From Azolla caroliniana (taxonomy: Eukaryota; Plantae; Polypodiophyta): DNA of 64,000 nt. Under the pieces are notes generated by a model. The model worked only from the letters and a program-made list of their open reading frames with translations. It made no database searches and was not told where the DNA came from. A program made the position numbers and the translations under genes. Location: contig JBHGNT010000020.1 in the NCBI GenBank assembly GCA_043228905.1, forward strand, positions 12,214,001 through 12,278,000, in the 5' to 3' direction. Within the stretch, counting starts at the first letter, position 1, and every line of letters begins with the position of its first letter. This document shows, piece after piece, positions 14,201 through 26,659 of this stretch.

Positions 14201-16464
14201 TTGTCTCTGGCCCGTCTCCATAGTAGACCCTTCTTCGGCTTCGATTTGTGCCTTCACGATCTCGTACGCTTCCCGTACCAAGGCTTCGATGTCGAGCTTC
14301 ACCGGACCATTCCGCAGTGAGCTTTCCTCCGTCGGTGGTGACGCGTAGTCACTCACCATCCTCCTTTCGCCGCCACTTGCGGGCCGTGTTGCGGACGATT
14401 GCATCTCCTCGTGTCGTCGGCATACCCTCTCTACCTTGTTCCAATCCTTGGTGAGGCCGTACGCCCCTTCATCGTCTTCGAGTTCGGATAAAATGGCCAT
14501 TCTCCCCTTTTCATCGATCGACTTTAAAAATAGTAGGACATTGTCCATCCCCACTGATCTTCGATCCCGGTTCGAGAGTTGAGCAAAACGATGCTCGCCA
14601 TTACTTCCGTGATGTCTTCCTCTTCCATCCTCTTTCTCCCTTGCCGCCTATTCACGTCGGGTGCACCAAATATGTCCCGTATTTCCGCGCGTGCATGTAG
14701 AATAAGGCGGGACCACGGGGGCCTCAGACTAGGGAGTAGATGGGAAGACGGGTATGAGCAAAGTGGAAGAGATTAACACGGTAGAGAAAGTAGAAAGAGA
14801 CAAGATTTCTGAAGTTATGTATATTATGGGCATGAAAGCCGCAAAGCGATTACAACCGCGGCCGCGTGGGCCGGACTCAAAACATAAGTAGAATGTAAAC
14901 CCTAATCGGATAAGTAAAGAAAGAGATGACGAAACCCTAGAAGAAACCCTAAACCAAATAGAAACCCTCAACCTAAGTGGTATACCTCTTCTCACTCAAA
15001 ATAGGCAACCCCCTCAATGGTGCCCCTTCCTCTCCTTTTATAGCATAAGGAGAGAAAGCCGTTACAAAAAGGAGAGACTAAATATCCCCTTTATTCAATG
15101 GGGATATTTGCTTAGATACTAGGAGGAGGGATTGATGGGGCCTTAGCTCCCACTCCTCACACATACTACTATGCCCATTACTCACCTCGTACTCTACAAA
15201 GTGCACATCACATTTATGCCTCTACGAACTTTGTGGTGCACCTTTAGCACCTTAGATTATTACCCTTCCCATTACATTTTGTGTACATATTCTTATTACA
15301 TAAATTTACAAGTGCATGTGCAACGTTGCACATCCCCATTTTATTTGTCCCTCCCGGTTTTCTCACCGTAGCCGGACATCTTCACGACACCGTGATGAGT
15401 CATGTCTAATTTGTTCACAGATCTAATATATGATGAAAGTTTTGTCTTACACGCACATGGTGTTGTACGAAGTATGTAGAGTTACTGTTGAAGTTTATTA
15501 TGAGTATATGTATCATGTAGTAAAAATCATTTGAATGGTCATGACACAGATTTTCCAAGAGCTTGGATTGTCCTTTAAGATGGGTGGATTAACGTGAGTT
15601 GTATTCATTACTTGAAAGTTCTTTTCTACTAGAATTCAATATTAAAAAGTTTATAACAAGTATCCCGTGCAAAATTGCAGAGGCCCAACTTTGGATAGTC
15701 ATAGGTTGATTTTTTTGGCAAGTCAACAAGGACTTGATAAACAAAATGCACTTGTGGAAGAACTTTTCATTAACTACTTTACAGAAGAGAAGTATATTGG
15801 TGACAGGTAATCACTTTGAGTTCTTGATTTCTCACTATATTCATACTTTAAGAGTGAATATTTATAGTCATGATTGCTGTAGTAAATCTCTGTTTGCCAA
15901 TATTTGAAAATTCTATTAATATAGTAAATTTGACATATATGCAATTTACTCTGACAATATATAGAACTTGTATGCGTAAATTTGTTGAGATAAATCATTA
16001 CATGTTTATTTTGAACCAACACAATACAAATTGTATGATGGTTTTAGCTAGTCCATAGTAACTTTGTTGGATATATTGGCCCATCCATTCCTCGTTATTT
16101 TTATTTGGTGATGGACAAACAGTTATCATTGTATAGTGTTTATAACGACATATTTATAATGCTTTTTAACATGAATGTTTCCATTGCAATCCTCGAAACT
16201 TATTTTTCCATCTTCCAACCATGCTTGTAGCCATAACTTACAAAGTAAAATATTCTAGAAATGTGTTAGATTAAAAACAATTAGAGGATGTAGTATGAAG
16301 AATAATTGGATTAAGATAAGTTTCCAATAAGATCTATTGGTGTAACTTGTATTAATGGGTTTTCTCATTGCTATGTATTAGGAAGATTCTCTTGGAGGCA
16401 GCATCAAAGATTGGGATTGAGGGTGCGGAAGAATGGCTGAATGATCCAAATGCGGGCATGAAAG

Positions 16465-16502
<38 letters not shown>

Positions 16503-16892
16503 TGCGCGTGGCTGGAGTGGTGGTCCACAATGTAGTGTCATAAAATTGATAGAACCCAAATTTGATCCTGGCCCCATCCCAGAAATATGTTATTTATCTC
16601 TCACCATGCTTCTGCTTCTTCTTTTAACTATATAAATGTTTGGCAACAGATTGAATATGATCTCCAGAAGTATGCACAAGGTGTCTCTGGTGTTCCAAAT
16701 TTTCTGGTATGATGTTTTCAACATTCTTTCTTTTTGTTTATCATCTTTACTTTCTAGATAACTAACTAAATGGTGGGGGGGGGGGATTCTTGGTTAAAGA
16801 TCAATGGCAAGCGACAGCTATCTGGTGCCCAACCACCCAGTACCTTTTTGAAGGTTTTTGATCTAGTGGCTGATGCTACCACTAATGCTTAG
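9852..16892 (+). CDS. DsbA/FrnE-family thioredoxin-fold oxidoreductase (At5g38900-like); exons 9852-9986, 10406-10528, 15550-15593, 15681-15806, 16382-16466, 16650-16706, 16800-16892; ~220 aa
   Basis: IDVVSDTVCPWCFVGKR (CPWC active site), WHPFLLNP, TLDSHRL, LVEELFINYF, cis-Pro loop VSGVPNF, LSGAQP; seven exons join in frame (663 nt) with GT-AG introns. Confidence 0.9.
11474..12190 (-). repeat. 3' LTR of the intronic element
   Basis: TGTCGCG...CACGACA, direct repeat of 14673-15389. Confidence 0.92.
13529..14600 (-). pseudogene. Truncated gag-like ORF with a long acidic, repetitive tail
   Basis: Starts right after the PBS; helical segment RFAQLSNRDRRSVGMDNVLLFLKSIDEKGRMAILSELEDDEGAYGLTKDWNKVERVC resembles gag C-terminal regions as I recall them (unverified); no true ATG at the ORF-track start; repeated (P)TPILET/PAPVLET units. 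Confidence 0.45.
14673..15389 (-). repeat. 5' LTR of the intronic element
   Basis: TGTCCCG...CACGACA; adjacent PBS gives the orientation. Confidence 0.92.
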
Positions 16893-18423
16893 TTATGGTG
16901 CTCCATACAAATTGAAAATTAATATATGTACATGTATATGTATACTTTTTTGTTAATAACCACTGGGTCTAATGGTGTATATGGAATGCAAACACTCTTA
17001 TTAACTTCAAGAAATCAATAATGATGTGTTTATTTATATATATATATATATATATATAAAACCTATCTATGTCGTCATCCATTTCTATTCATGATTATAT
17101 ATATGCTAGATACTTTCTTTTTGCTCTGCATAGATTATTATATTCATAGACTATATTTGTATCTGGTTAAAGCGTGTTGGGATGGTGCTTCGCCAATCCT
17201 GGCACCAATATGTGACATTCATCTGAAAGTCTGGAGTGAATCTTGATCAAATGTGATCATACTCATAACTGCATTGGGTTGATAAGATAAGTCAGCAAAA
17301 TGGATTTGCAACTTCAAGAAAAGATTTATTGGCTGGGAGGCTGGGTCTAGGGCATACCCAAAATTAGAATTGTTCTTTTTTTTTATGACGGTTCAACAGA
17401 ATGTAAAAGTGGTATTTAAAATTTTCCTTCTTTTTCTTTACTTCATAAGATCAGGGGTTACTTTTTAAATGATCTCTCCATCTCAAAATATCCTTCAGAT
17501 GTCTTGCCTCTCGAAGAGAGGGATATTTAACTAGAGAAGGAAGTAGAAGAATAAGGCAACGAGACAAGGAAGGAAAGCATCTGATGTCCTTAATAAGCTG
17601 GGAGATTCAAAATGTAATAAATGAACTTCACAATTGTGTATACAAATACCAAACTCTGGTTTTTTGGTTGAGAGTTCAGGTGCTTGCAACAGAGCAAGGT
17701 TGTGTTTCTGTATGCGGTATGGACAACCTAATCATCACTCTGGATGGAGAAAATGTACAGAAAAAAGGCTGTCATTAAACCAACCTCAATTGTATAGATG
17801 TGGTATTACTGCCATTCAAAACAAGTGCAATTGTATATTTTCAATGTATGGATGCATAAATATGGGTCAAAGCAAGTGCAAATTTTGTACGTTATGTTTA
17901 ACAGTTCTAAATTTTTTACTAAACCTTGGTTTCTGACTATTTAATGCGAAAAGAAAAAAGCCCTGTTTTTTTTGTTCCGAATCAATCTTCTATTGTTTCC
18001 CACACATTTTCCTTGGCTTCTTTCATTTCTCACTGCTGTGGTTGAACATCATTCTAGTGAAGCTTAATGATTAGCTGATTTTTTGAATCTTAATGGTTCA
18101 GATTTCTGTAGTTTGTCAGCAGAACAGTGCATCGTTTAAATATTAAGAGATTTGTTATTTCATTGCAACAAGCTGGATTTCTTGAATTATAAGATGTTAA
18201 TCACTCCCACAATCATTTAGATTTTTCTGAATTTGATATTTAACTGCAACAGTTTGTTGATGCCACAGAATAAGGGTTTCATTAATTGTAACATGTTAGC
18301 TAATCAATCTCTCAATATTAGAATTTGTAGATGTTTACATAATGAAATAAGATTTCATGTAGAGTTTTCTGTTTGAGATTGGGAGTAGCCATGGTATCAT
18401 GTTTTTTATATTGAGATTTTGGT

Positions 18424-18651
18424 TGATAACATTGGATCTCTATGCGTCAAGAGTATTTTGATTGCATGGAGGATTTTTAACAGATGAGCATGTTTCTAAT
18501 ATAATGAGGACTCTGTGTATTTGATTAGAAATATGATTGATAACATTGGATCTCAATGTTAGAACATCTTGATTGCATGCAGGAGGATTTTTAACACATG
18601 AGCATGTTTCTAGTATAATGAGGACTCAGTGGATTTTATTAGAAATATGAT
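18424..18651. repeat. Tandem duplication of ~115 bp (2 copies)
   Basis: TGATAACATTGGATCTC...GGAGGATTTTTAACA.ATGAGCATGTTTCTA.TATAATGAGGACTC...ATTAGAAATATGAT occurs twice in a row. Confidence 0.85.
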
Positions 18652-19862
18652 GTATATTTTTCTATTTTAAGCGATCACCACTTTGTGGTATACTACTGAG
18701 TTCTATCCTTCTTTATTGTTGTGTTTTTAGGACTGGGGCATTTCTTATTTTGTGTTCTTTCAATGCCAATGGTGATTCTTGTGGAATTATATAGCTAGGG
18801 AGAAACATAAGAGATGAGATTCATGATTGGCATCAACAGGGTGTTGAACCATTCATTGCCCAAATGCACCCTCTATCATGATGATACATGCCTTCCATAA
18901 TATCAGTCAATGCGTTAGCCAGAATTTGGGTGTGTTGACGTCGCATGCATTCCAGACAAGCTTGATACATTGCCTTTGCATGCCATCTAACTTCATGTCC
19001 AGCATCCCATGTAATTCTGTTGTCAGCCTTACTGCATCAACGTTGGTATTAAGGTTTGTGTCTTTAATTTCTTCACAAATAAATCCTAAGAGGTTTTTTC
19101 GTCATGAGAAGTCAGGATCCTGTCTCAGAAAATAAGGACTCATGGACTTTACGGAGCTAGAATCCTTTTGATAGATATCTAGTTCTTTTCGGCTATGATT
19201 GATTAAAGGGGACCGCAATCCCAAATGGCATAGTTTTCAAGCTTTTGCGAATATTCATGGTACTAGCTTTTGCTGACCAAGTTATATATGACAAATAAAT
19301 AGTCTTCTTCTTTAGTTAGACTCATTAGTTTCTCAGCATTGTTTTTGCTTTTTTTATTTAAACAGAAATATATTTCATTCCATTATGTATGAACTTTTTC
19401 CATTTTATTAGAATAGAGGTAGTTTCCAAAATATATGGATACAATATATGAATGAATTACTCAATCAATCAAAGAAATAGAAGGGTTATTCTGGGGGGTG
19501 GGTGGGTGCAGGGGATCATAATGAATGAATGAATTGATCATATGTTTATTGAAGAAGAGTGATAAAGAAAGGCATTGATAAGAAATCCACAACTCGGTTG
19601 TCCGGAAACTCGTTTTATCATCACCAGGAATCGGTTGGGTGGTGTTAGTAAGCTGAAAACTGTCATTATGAGAAGTCTCAGTAAGAAATCCAAACCCACA
19701 ACTCTTTTTCCATCTTGTTGTGTCGGTGTGTTCAAACCTGCAACTCTTTTTCCATCTTGTTATGTGTGTGTGTTCTTACAAGAAAAAGTGATAATGTACT
19801 TCATATGGGTTAGTCTTGGGAAGAAATTGAATGCATGCAACTTTCTTACCATCACATCAGCT

Positions 19863-22800
19863 CTATTTTTCACAACTACTAGACTGCTTGGTAACACCAC
19901 TAGCAATGCATTCTCTTCTAGATCTAGCTGATTGATGGAATTTGGGTTCTCTTGGAATGGTTAGTTTCTTTGTAGACCTGCAAAAACTTGTATTCAATTG
20001 TAAATTAATAACAAAACTTTGCAAAAAATGGAAGAACAATATGTATGTGTGCAACCAACATTGTATTTACCTTTGTGGCCTGAACAGTTGATGTGCTGAT
20101 GACTGGATTCGTAAAGCCTTCTCAACTAGATCCTAGTTCGCCAAAAAAGGACCAGAGAGCTTCAGATAATTTGGAACCTCACAAATTTCAACAAGCACAC
20201 GAAGAAGGAAAACATTGAAGGTTTGTTTTCTTTGACTAGGCAGCAAATGTATGCCCCAATTGCTTCTAGTCAAACAAGGAATTGAAGAAATAGCCCACAT
20301 AATTGAAGAAATGTGTGTGTGTGGGGAGGAGGGGGAGGGGGAGTGGGGATCACCACATAATTGCTGAAAATAGCGAATAAAATTTATAAAAGACATAATG
20401 AAATACTGAAATATAGGGTTTAATGGACAAAAATCTTAAAATCTAATGGACAAAAAAATAACAAACCTCTGTATTTGACCTCCTTACAAAACCCTTCTTC
20501 CTTCCACTACCTGCACCTCTTTCCTGAAATTTGTTGTCAAACAAATATAGAGTGAATGGATGTATTCATTAATGAGGGATTGTTTATGCATAACAGAAAG
20601 AGACGGAGTTACTTTTAGATAAAAAGCGATCAAGAGTGATTATATTTACACATTCACAAACACAAGCACACACAGATGTGTGTTTTGTAGTTTTGTTCAA
20701 TTTTACCTCTGTTCTCAATCTGAAAGGCTTTATGAAGGTGTTGCTTGCTGTTGTGGTTTTCTTCGCTTGTGAATTTAATGATGAAGGGTGGTTTGTAAAT
20801 GTTCCGTTCTTGTGTACCTGAAACCATATAAAATCAAATCGAATTCTAATGCTTTGTTTTACCAACAAAAGAAATAAAACCGAAAAGAAAACCCAACTAA
20901 ATTCTTACAAATAATGACATCCTCAACAAAACCAAAATGCATTATTGAGCTCCAACATTCATACATATACATCAAGGTATAGATACACATATATAAATAA
21001 ATATATTACCTTCTGGACCTCATGCTTGTGGTACTTATGTGTGGTTGAGTTGCAGTTGACTTTGAAATCCATTCCTGAGTTCTTCCTGATTATCAATGCA
21101 GACCAAAAGGGGTGTTTATAAATCATTTCCTCATATATATATGTATATATATGTATAGGTATGTGCATATCAGGAAATGATTCACCGTCCTACACTTATG
21201 TTTATAAAATATAAATAATAATGCAAAGGATGAGAGAGAGAGAGAGAGATTTTGAACCTCCTTTTGCTTCCACACAACGTTTGCCAATCAAATGTAGAAG
21301 ATTGCTTTGTTTCAGATTCCTTAACGCTGCTCTGAATTGAAATAGCTTCTTCGGCAGAAATGCTTCTTGCCAGAGACACTTCACAATTTCCATCTTGATG
21401 ATATGGTGCATTTGATGGATTTGTTATCAATTTACTATTCATAATCTCACAACTGCTCAAGCCACTCTGAGAAGAACATCGCATCGACTCTACTTCATCC
21501 ATATCTTCTTGCTGGGCATGAATACTCAGTTGTTGCAAATTCTGTTGCTCGAATGTATTGTTGCAATGCAAGCTTGGATCTTCATTGAGAGATAAGTTAT
21601 TGAGGAACAACTGCTCTAAGCTACATTCTATAGAATTAGCATTCGTTGTTGTTTGATTACATTGATAGGAACATGGATTTGGCTTCTGCATAACCTCTTC
21701 TTGTGAGGGTTGTGACGTAATAAGGTGAATCTCTTGCATACGCACACCTTCATTTTCCTCCCACGTTATTGAGGATTTGTTTGGCAATACTGTTACTGGA
21801 TCAATAAGAACTTCATCTAACACATGAGGACTTTTCGACTGTGCCTCTTGAATATATCTACAGGATTTCTCTTCAGATCCTTTGTCATCCTCTAATGTTT
21901 TCATTAATCGACCTTTTCGTTCATTTTCCATCATCAGAACCGAGGTATGCCTGTTGCTCACCTCATTCTTTATGCTTTCATTGCCCACTAGAGCGCGTAG
22001 TGTATCCTCTTTATCACCATCACCCACACTCTTGCATTGTTTCGGCTTAGTACCCACTTTCGATGCCATGATTCTTGTCGCAAATTCCTCATCCTTATTA
22101 TGAACATAATCACTATGCAATGATTTAATGGATTTGTTTAAAGGCATGGACAAGGATGCCATAAGAGGATGGTTCCGAGCAACTGGTTGTGTAGAGAAGG
22201 ATGATCCTCCTCCTTCATCAACATTCTTAGATCTGTTCAGATATTGGATACCACCTAGAACTTGTTGCTGTTTCTTAGGAGTTTGAGTCTTACATGGCTC
22301 AACAATTCCATCTTTCTTCCTTGCAATAGTTTTGCTAATAGCAACTATGGTGGCTTCTTTTTCAGAGTTAATACCAATTTTGTTGTTAAAGATCCTATGT
22401 TCTCTACTCATGCGTGATGCACGCATTCTTGATTCCTTACCGGTTGCATCATTATTGATATCAGAGACCTTTGTTATTTTAGTTGTTGTCGAACTACTAT
22501 TGGTCTTCGACAGTTTTTTTGCGACTTTAACTTGATTTGGATTCACATTCTCGCTGGCAATTTGTTGTTGATGTATTATTGGTTTCTTCATTTTGCTTTC
22601 TAGGGTTTTGCTCTCAGGGATGGGAGGAAATGGGTGCATGCTTTTATGGACATTTGCAGTCACTTCTGAAAGAGAGGAAAGAGAGGTTGAGACTAGTAAT
22701 CTTCTTGCTCTCTTTCCGGTAGCACTGCCCATAATAAACACATACCAATAATCATCAGTTACACAAAGAAACAAAAGCATTCAACAAGCTTTTACATATC

Positions 22801-23282
22801 AGTTTGTAATCAAGCGTTACATGTTATTCGATAAGACTTAAAACCTATATCGATAACATTAATTACCTGGCATTGTTCTCAATCACATCTGTCACTAAAT
22901 CATCATGAGTTGGTCTAACAAATGATTTCTTCCCATGAATGCAACCTGAATCAGACAGAAGTTCAAATATTATAAGAACCATTTATGTAATACATGAATG
23001 CCTGCCTACATACGTATAAATAAATTATGTAGCATCATATATGCATGAATCTTAATATACGATTCATACTTATATAATGCTATTTAATTTAGTTGATTTG
23101 AGAGCCTAGCATGATAGGCATATACCAGATGCACTGCCACAGAACCATTCGTCATCATCGACAGGTGCCAGAGGTGCAGTGAAATCAATCCATTTGGGTG
23201 CTTGGATGCTCTCATAGAACTCATCTCTCTCAAATGTGCCATCCGTCATCACATTGCCCCAATCAATTTGTAAGCAATCCAT
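19863..23282 (-). CDS. TPX2-related protein (AT4G17000-like); exons 23282-23126, 22945-22867, 22724-21258, 21085-21010, 20817-20707, 20523-20467, 20132-20071, 19977-19863; ~707 aa
   Basis: N-terminal DEFYESIQAPKWIDF...DDDEWFC...GC motif, long disordered middle, C-terminal KPFRLRTE|ERG and RSTKKLTIPREPKFH motifs typical of TPX2-family proteins; eight GT-AG exons sum to 2124 nt in frame. Confidence 0.75.
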
Positions 23283-24079
23283 GTAATCTGGATAAGATAG
23301 TATTTGGGTGTTGATTTTATAGAAGAATGGGAAGGAGCTCAAATAATGAAAATCGGAAAGAAGGAATATATAGCTTGAATGGGATGAAGGACTGAGATAT
23401 GTGGTGGATGTATATAAAATTTGTATATATCTAACAGCAATGTATATGTATCTGCATCAATCTGTAGGTGCTTTCAGTATATGTAACAAAATGGAGGTGG
23501 AAAGGGGAGAAGGAAGAACCAGAGACAGACAGAGAGAGAGAGAGAGAAAGATTAGAGGAAATAGAGTGGAAAGGGGAAGATCAATCAGAATGAGATGAGA
23601 TGAGAGGAGATGAGATGAATCAAAAGGAGGATATATAACAACATATTATAGTAGTAGTATCAGAGAGAAAAGGCTGAAATTTGGCATATAATCAAACGGT
23701 CAGTGTAATAAAGGCAAAAAGAGAGGTGGAAGAGAGAGAAGGAAACAGAGGAAGAAATAGAGACAACAGGAACAGAGGAAAGAAATAGAGACAAAAAAAA
23801 AAGAAAAAAAGAGACAGGCAGACAGACAGAGAGGAGCAAAAAGAAAGAAAGAAGAAGCAGAGATTAACTTTAGTGGATTTAATTACATAATAATAAGAAG
23901 AAGAAAGATGGGAGAAGGAACAAACAAACGGTCTTCTTCTTCTTCTTCTGTCTCTCTCTGTTTCTCTCCATTTCTTCTTCTTTCTTTCTTTCTTTTTTTG
24001 TTCTTTGTTTTTTCTCTGTTCTGCTTTTTGTGTTAATTTTTCTTTACATTTTTTTTTCCCAAAGTTTCATGATTATCAT

Positions 24080-24135
24080 ACCCTAGTGGTAAAGTTAGGT
24101 TAAATTACAAGCACTATGTCTTAGGTTCGAAACCT
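24080..24135 (+). mobile_element. tRNA-like SINE head (Pol III A box and B box)
   Basis: ACCCTAGTGGTAA (A-box-like) ... TACAAGCACT ... GGTTCGAAACC (B box); homologous to 55277-55337 and 56540-56600. No acceptor stem, so not a tRNA gene. Confidence 0.55.
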
Positions 24136-24925
24136 AATTAGAACCCAATGATCTGACCTCTATATATTTCTCTTAATTCACTAGATTCTAGTTGTAGAAT
24201 GTGGTGGGACTATGTCTTGGGTTCAAAACCTAACTAGAACCCAATGATTTGACCTCTATATATTTCTCTTAATTCACTAGATTCTAGTTGTAGAATGTGG
24301 TGGGACTATGTCTTGGGTTCAAAACCTAATTAGAACCCAATGGTCTAACCTCTCGATTACACCATATTTTCTCTTGATTCACTACATTCGATTGCAGTAT
24401 GTGGCGGGACTATGTCGTGGGTTCAAACTTCAAAGCCTAATTAGAACCCAATGATCTAACCTCTCTATCACACCGTATTTTATTTGATTCACTACATGCA
24501 ATTGCAGTATGTGGCAAGAATGTGGTGGGACTATGTCTTTCAAAACCTAACTAGAACCCAATGATCTGACCCCTATATATTACACCGTGATTTTCTCTTA
24601 ATTCACTAGATTCTATTGTAGAATGTGGTGGGACTATGTCTTGGGTTCAAAACCTAATTAGAACCCAACGATCAGAACTCTTGGTTACACCATATTTTCT
24701 CTTGATTCATTGTATGCGATTGTAAAATGTGGCGGGACTACGTCGTGGGTTCAAAGCCTAATTAGAACCCAATGATCTAACCTCTCTATCACACCGTATT
24801 TTCTCTTGATTCACTATATGCTATTGCATAATGTAGCGGGATATATGTATTGGATTCAAAACCTAATTAGATCCCAACGATGACCTCTCTATTACACCAT
24901 ATTTTCTCTTGATTCACTAGATGTT
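24112..24925 (+). repeat. ~100-104-bp tandem array (8 units), each with a B-box-like GGTTCAAAACC inside an 8-bp hairpin
   Basis: Unit starts near 24112, 24208, 24305, 24408, 24529, 24632, 24736, 24840; core TTGGGTTC-AAAACCTAATTA-GAACCCAA. Confidence 0.9.
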
Positions 24926-26659
24926 ATTCAGCCACCCATATGACCTCCTTGTTTGCATTAGGCAACCTTGCTCATTGAGCTACATCTATCTAACCAAACG
25001 TTCCTACGTATCTTATGTATAGAAACTCTTCTAGGGTTCTGAATATTGGCACCTGTCGTTGCAATCTCAATACTGCCCTACAGACCAATTCACATGTCTA
25101 AATATGATAGACAATGTTACCTTGTTGTATAGATTTTGTTCCGTCTATGGCTTCTCTAATTAACATTGTCAATTGCCACAACAGATGTCCTTTTTATAAC
25201 TTTATAGCATCTTTTCTCGCCCCAACTTGTAAACCAATAGTGAAGACATTCTTGCATATTCCAATTGAGTCATAGCCCCCCAATACCTCAAGATCTCCAA
25301 AATAATTTGGAAACGAGGCATCACTCAGCTTGTTGTCCGTCCATCTATGCAAACATCCAGTTGAACGAATATAGGTTTATTCCAATCAAAGACATCCACA
25401 CTAAATTGATATGCCCCTAAACAAACCATTGTAGTCATCGATCATGAAAGAAATCAATGCCTACTATGTTCCAATTCCACTAAACAAACGAAGTACGTTC
25501 CACTAGCAATGTTTTGTTTGTTTAATGCATCCCCCCAATGGTAAATCTCCAACCATAACTCTCTGAATAAATACCTCAGTTCATAACAACAATTGAGAAC
25601 ACCAACCTGCCATGATCATATGAAACCACTTGGGGATAGGATTATGAAAACCCCATGTCTTTATAATCCTTATGTTTGTCAATCAACTCGTGATAAGCAT
25701 CATTTGTTTATATTATACTCAATCTCCTATTTCTAACAAATGTGAGATCCACCATCCAAATAAGTTATAACCCTTTGTAATGCATATGTGCAATTACTTG
25801 TTTAAGCATGTATATGTTTATACATGCACTCGAATTATGTTTGCATTAATATTTAAGTATATGCTTATGTGTATGTGCTTGAGAATGTATATTTATTTTT
25901 AAAAATATGTGAAGATATGTATAAACGTGCACCTGGATATAGTCTTTCATGCATTTGTGTAGTGTGTATCTATATGGGTATTAGTACATATGTATAAGTG
26001 TATGTACTTGTATATGAATGTGTTTTTTAAGTAGACGTGATTGAGTGTGTTTATCGGTGTGAGGGGGAGGGGGAGGGTATTTAGGAAAATGTCAAGTCTC
26101 TCTTCACTCGTGGCTAAGGGCATTAGATACAATGAGTGTGAAAGGTGGAAAAAGATGATTTTCTAATGTCCCTCGTCGTCCTTCCATTTTTTTTCACTCG
26201 TAATTTCCCATTTGGATCTTGGATTCATGATTTGAAAGTTATGTTGTGATTCCCACAAAATCTTTTAGATACTCACTTGCTGAATGTTCGAATTTGAATG
26301 CATCCCTTGTTAAATTACATGATTTTGCTCGTAATTTAGCACTTGGTGAACCAATATTCTATTTAGAATATTTGCAATGTTCCTCATTCGACAACAATTC
26401 ACACAATTACATTGAAAATCCTCATGATGAACTTCTCAAGGTAAATATATTGTGATGCAATCGAGGATAAAATACTCGAACCTGTTTTATGGGCATGCCC
26501 CTCACAACACCCAACCTTGTCCATGTTGTACAGTTCTAGCAAATTTCGTTAACAAATGAACAACTATTACCAATTGAGAGGGTAATGATACCAACATAAA
26601 TACGTTGGAGGATCTTGACAGGAATGCCACCAATAGATTGGCGGATCTCGATGGCGGCA

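Larger units (their letters stand above)
11474..15389 (-). mobile_element. Non-autonomous LTR retrotransposon in intron 2 of the DsbA-like gene; probably Ty3/gypsy-derived
   Basis: Two 717-bp direct LTRs (11474-12190, 14673-15389) with TG...CA ends, ~23 mismatches (~97% identical); 4-bp TSD CCGT (11470-11473, 15390-15393); minus-strand PBS TGGTGCACC (14668-14660); PPT-like TGGTGGGGGCGGA next to the other LTR; GC-rich 2.5-kb interior with no RT/RH/IN motifs. Confidence 0.92.

Noticed and set aside
12117-14454. Many overlapping ORFs on both strands inside the LTR element
   Set aside because: Expected from high GC content; no recognisable domains apart from the gag-like segment.
9852-16892. Recent horizontal transfer of a bacterial frnE/dsbA gene
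   Set aside because: The gene has six spliceosomal introns and the family has known plant members.
24112-24925. CRISPR array or tRNA gene cluster
   Set aside because: The sequences between hairpins are homologous to each other, so it is a plain tandem repeat; no cloverleaf or acceptor stem can be formed.
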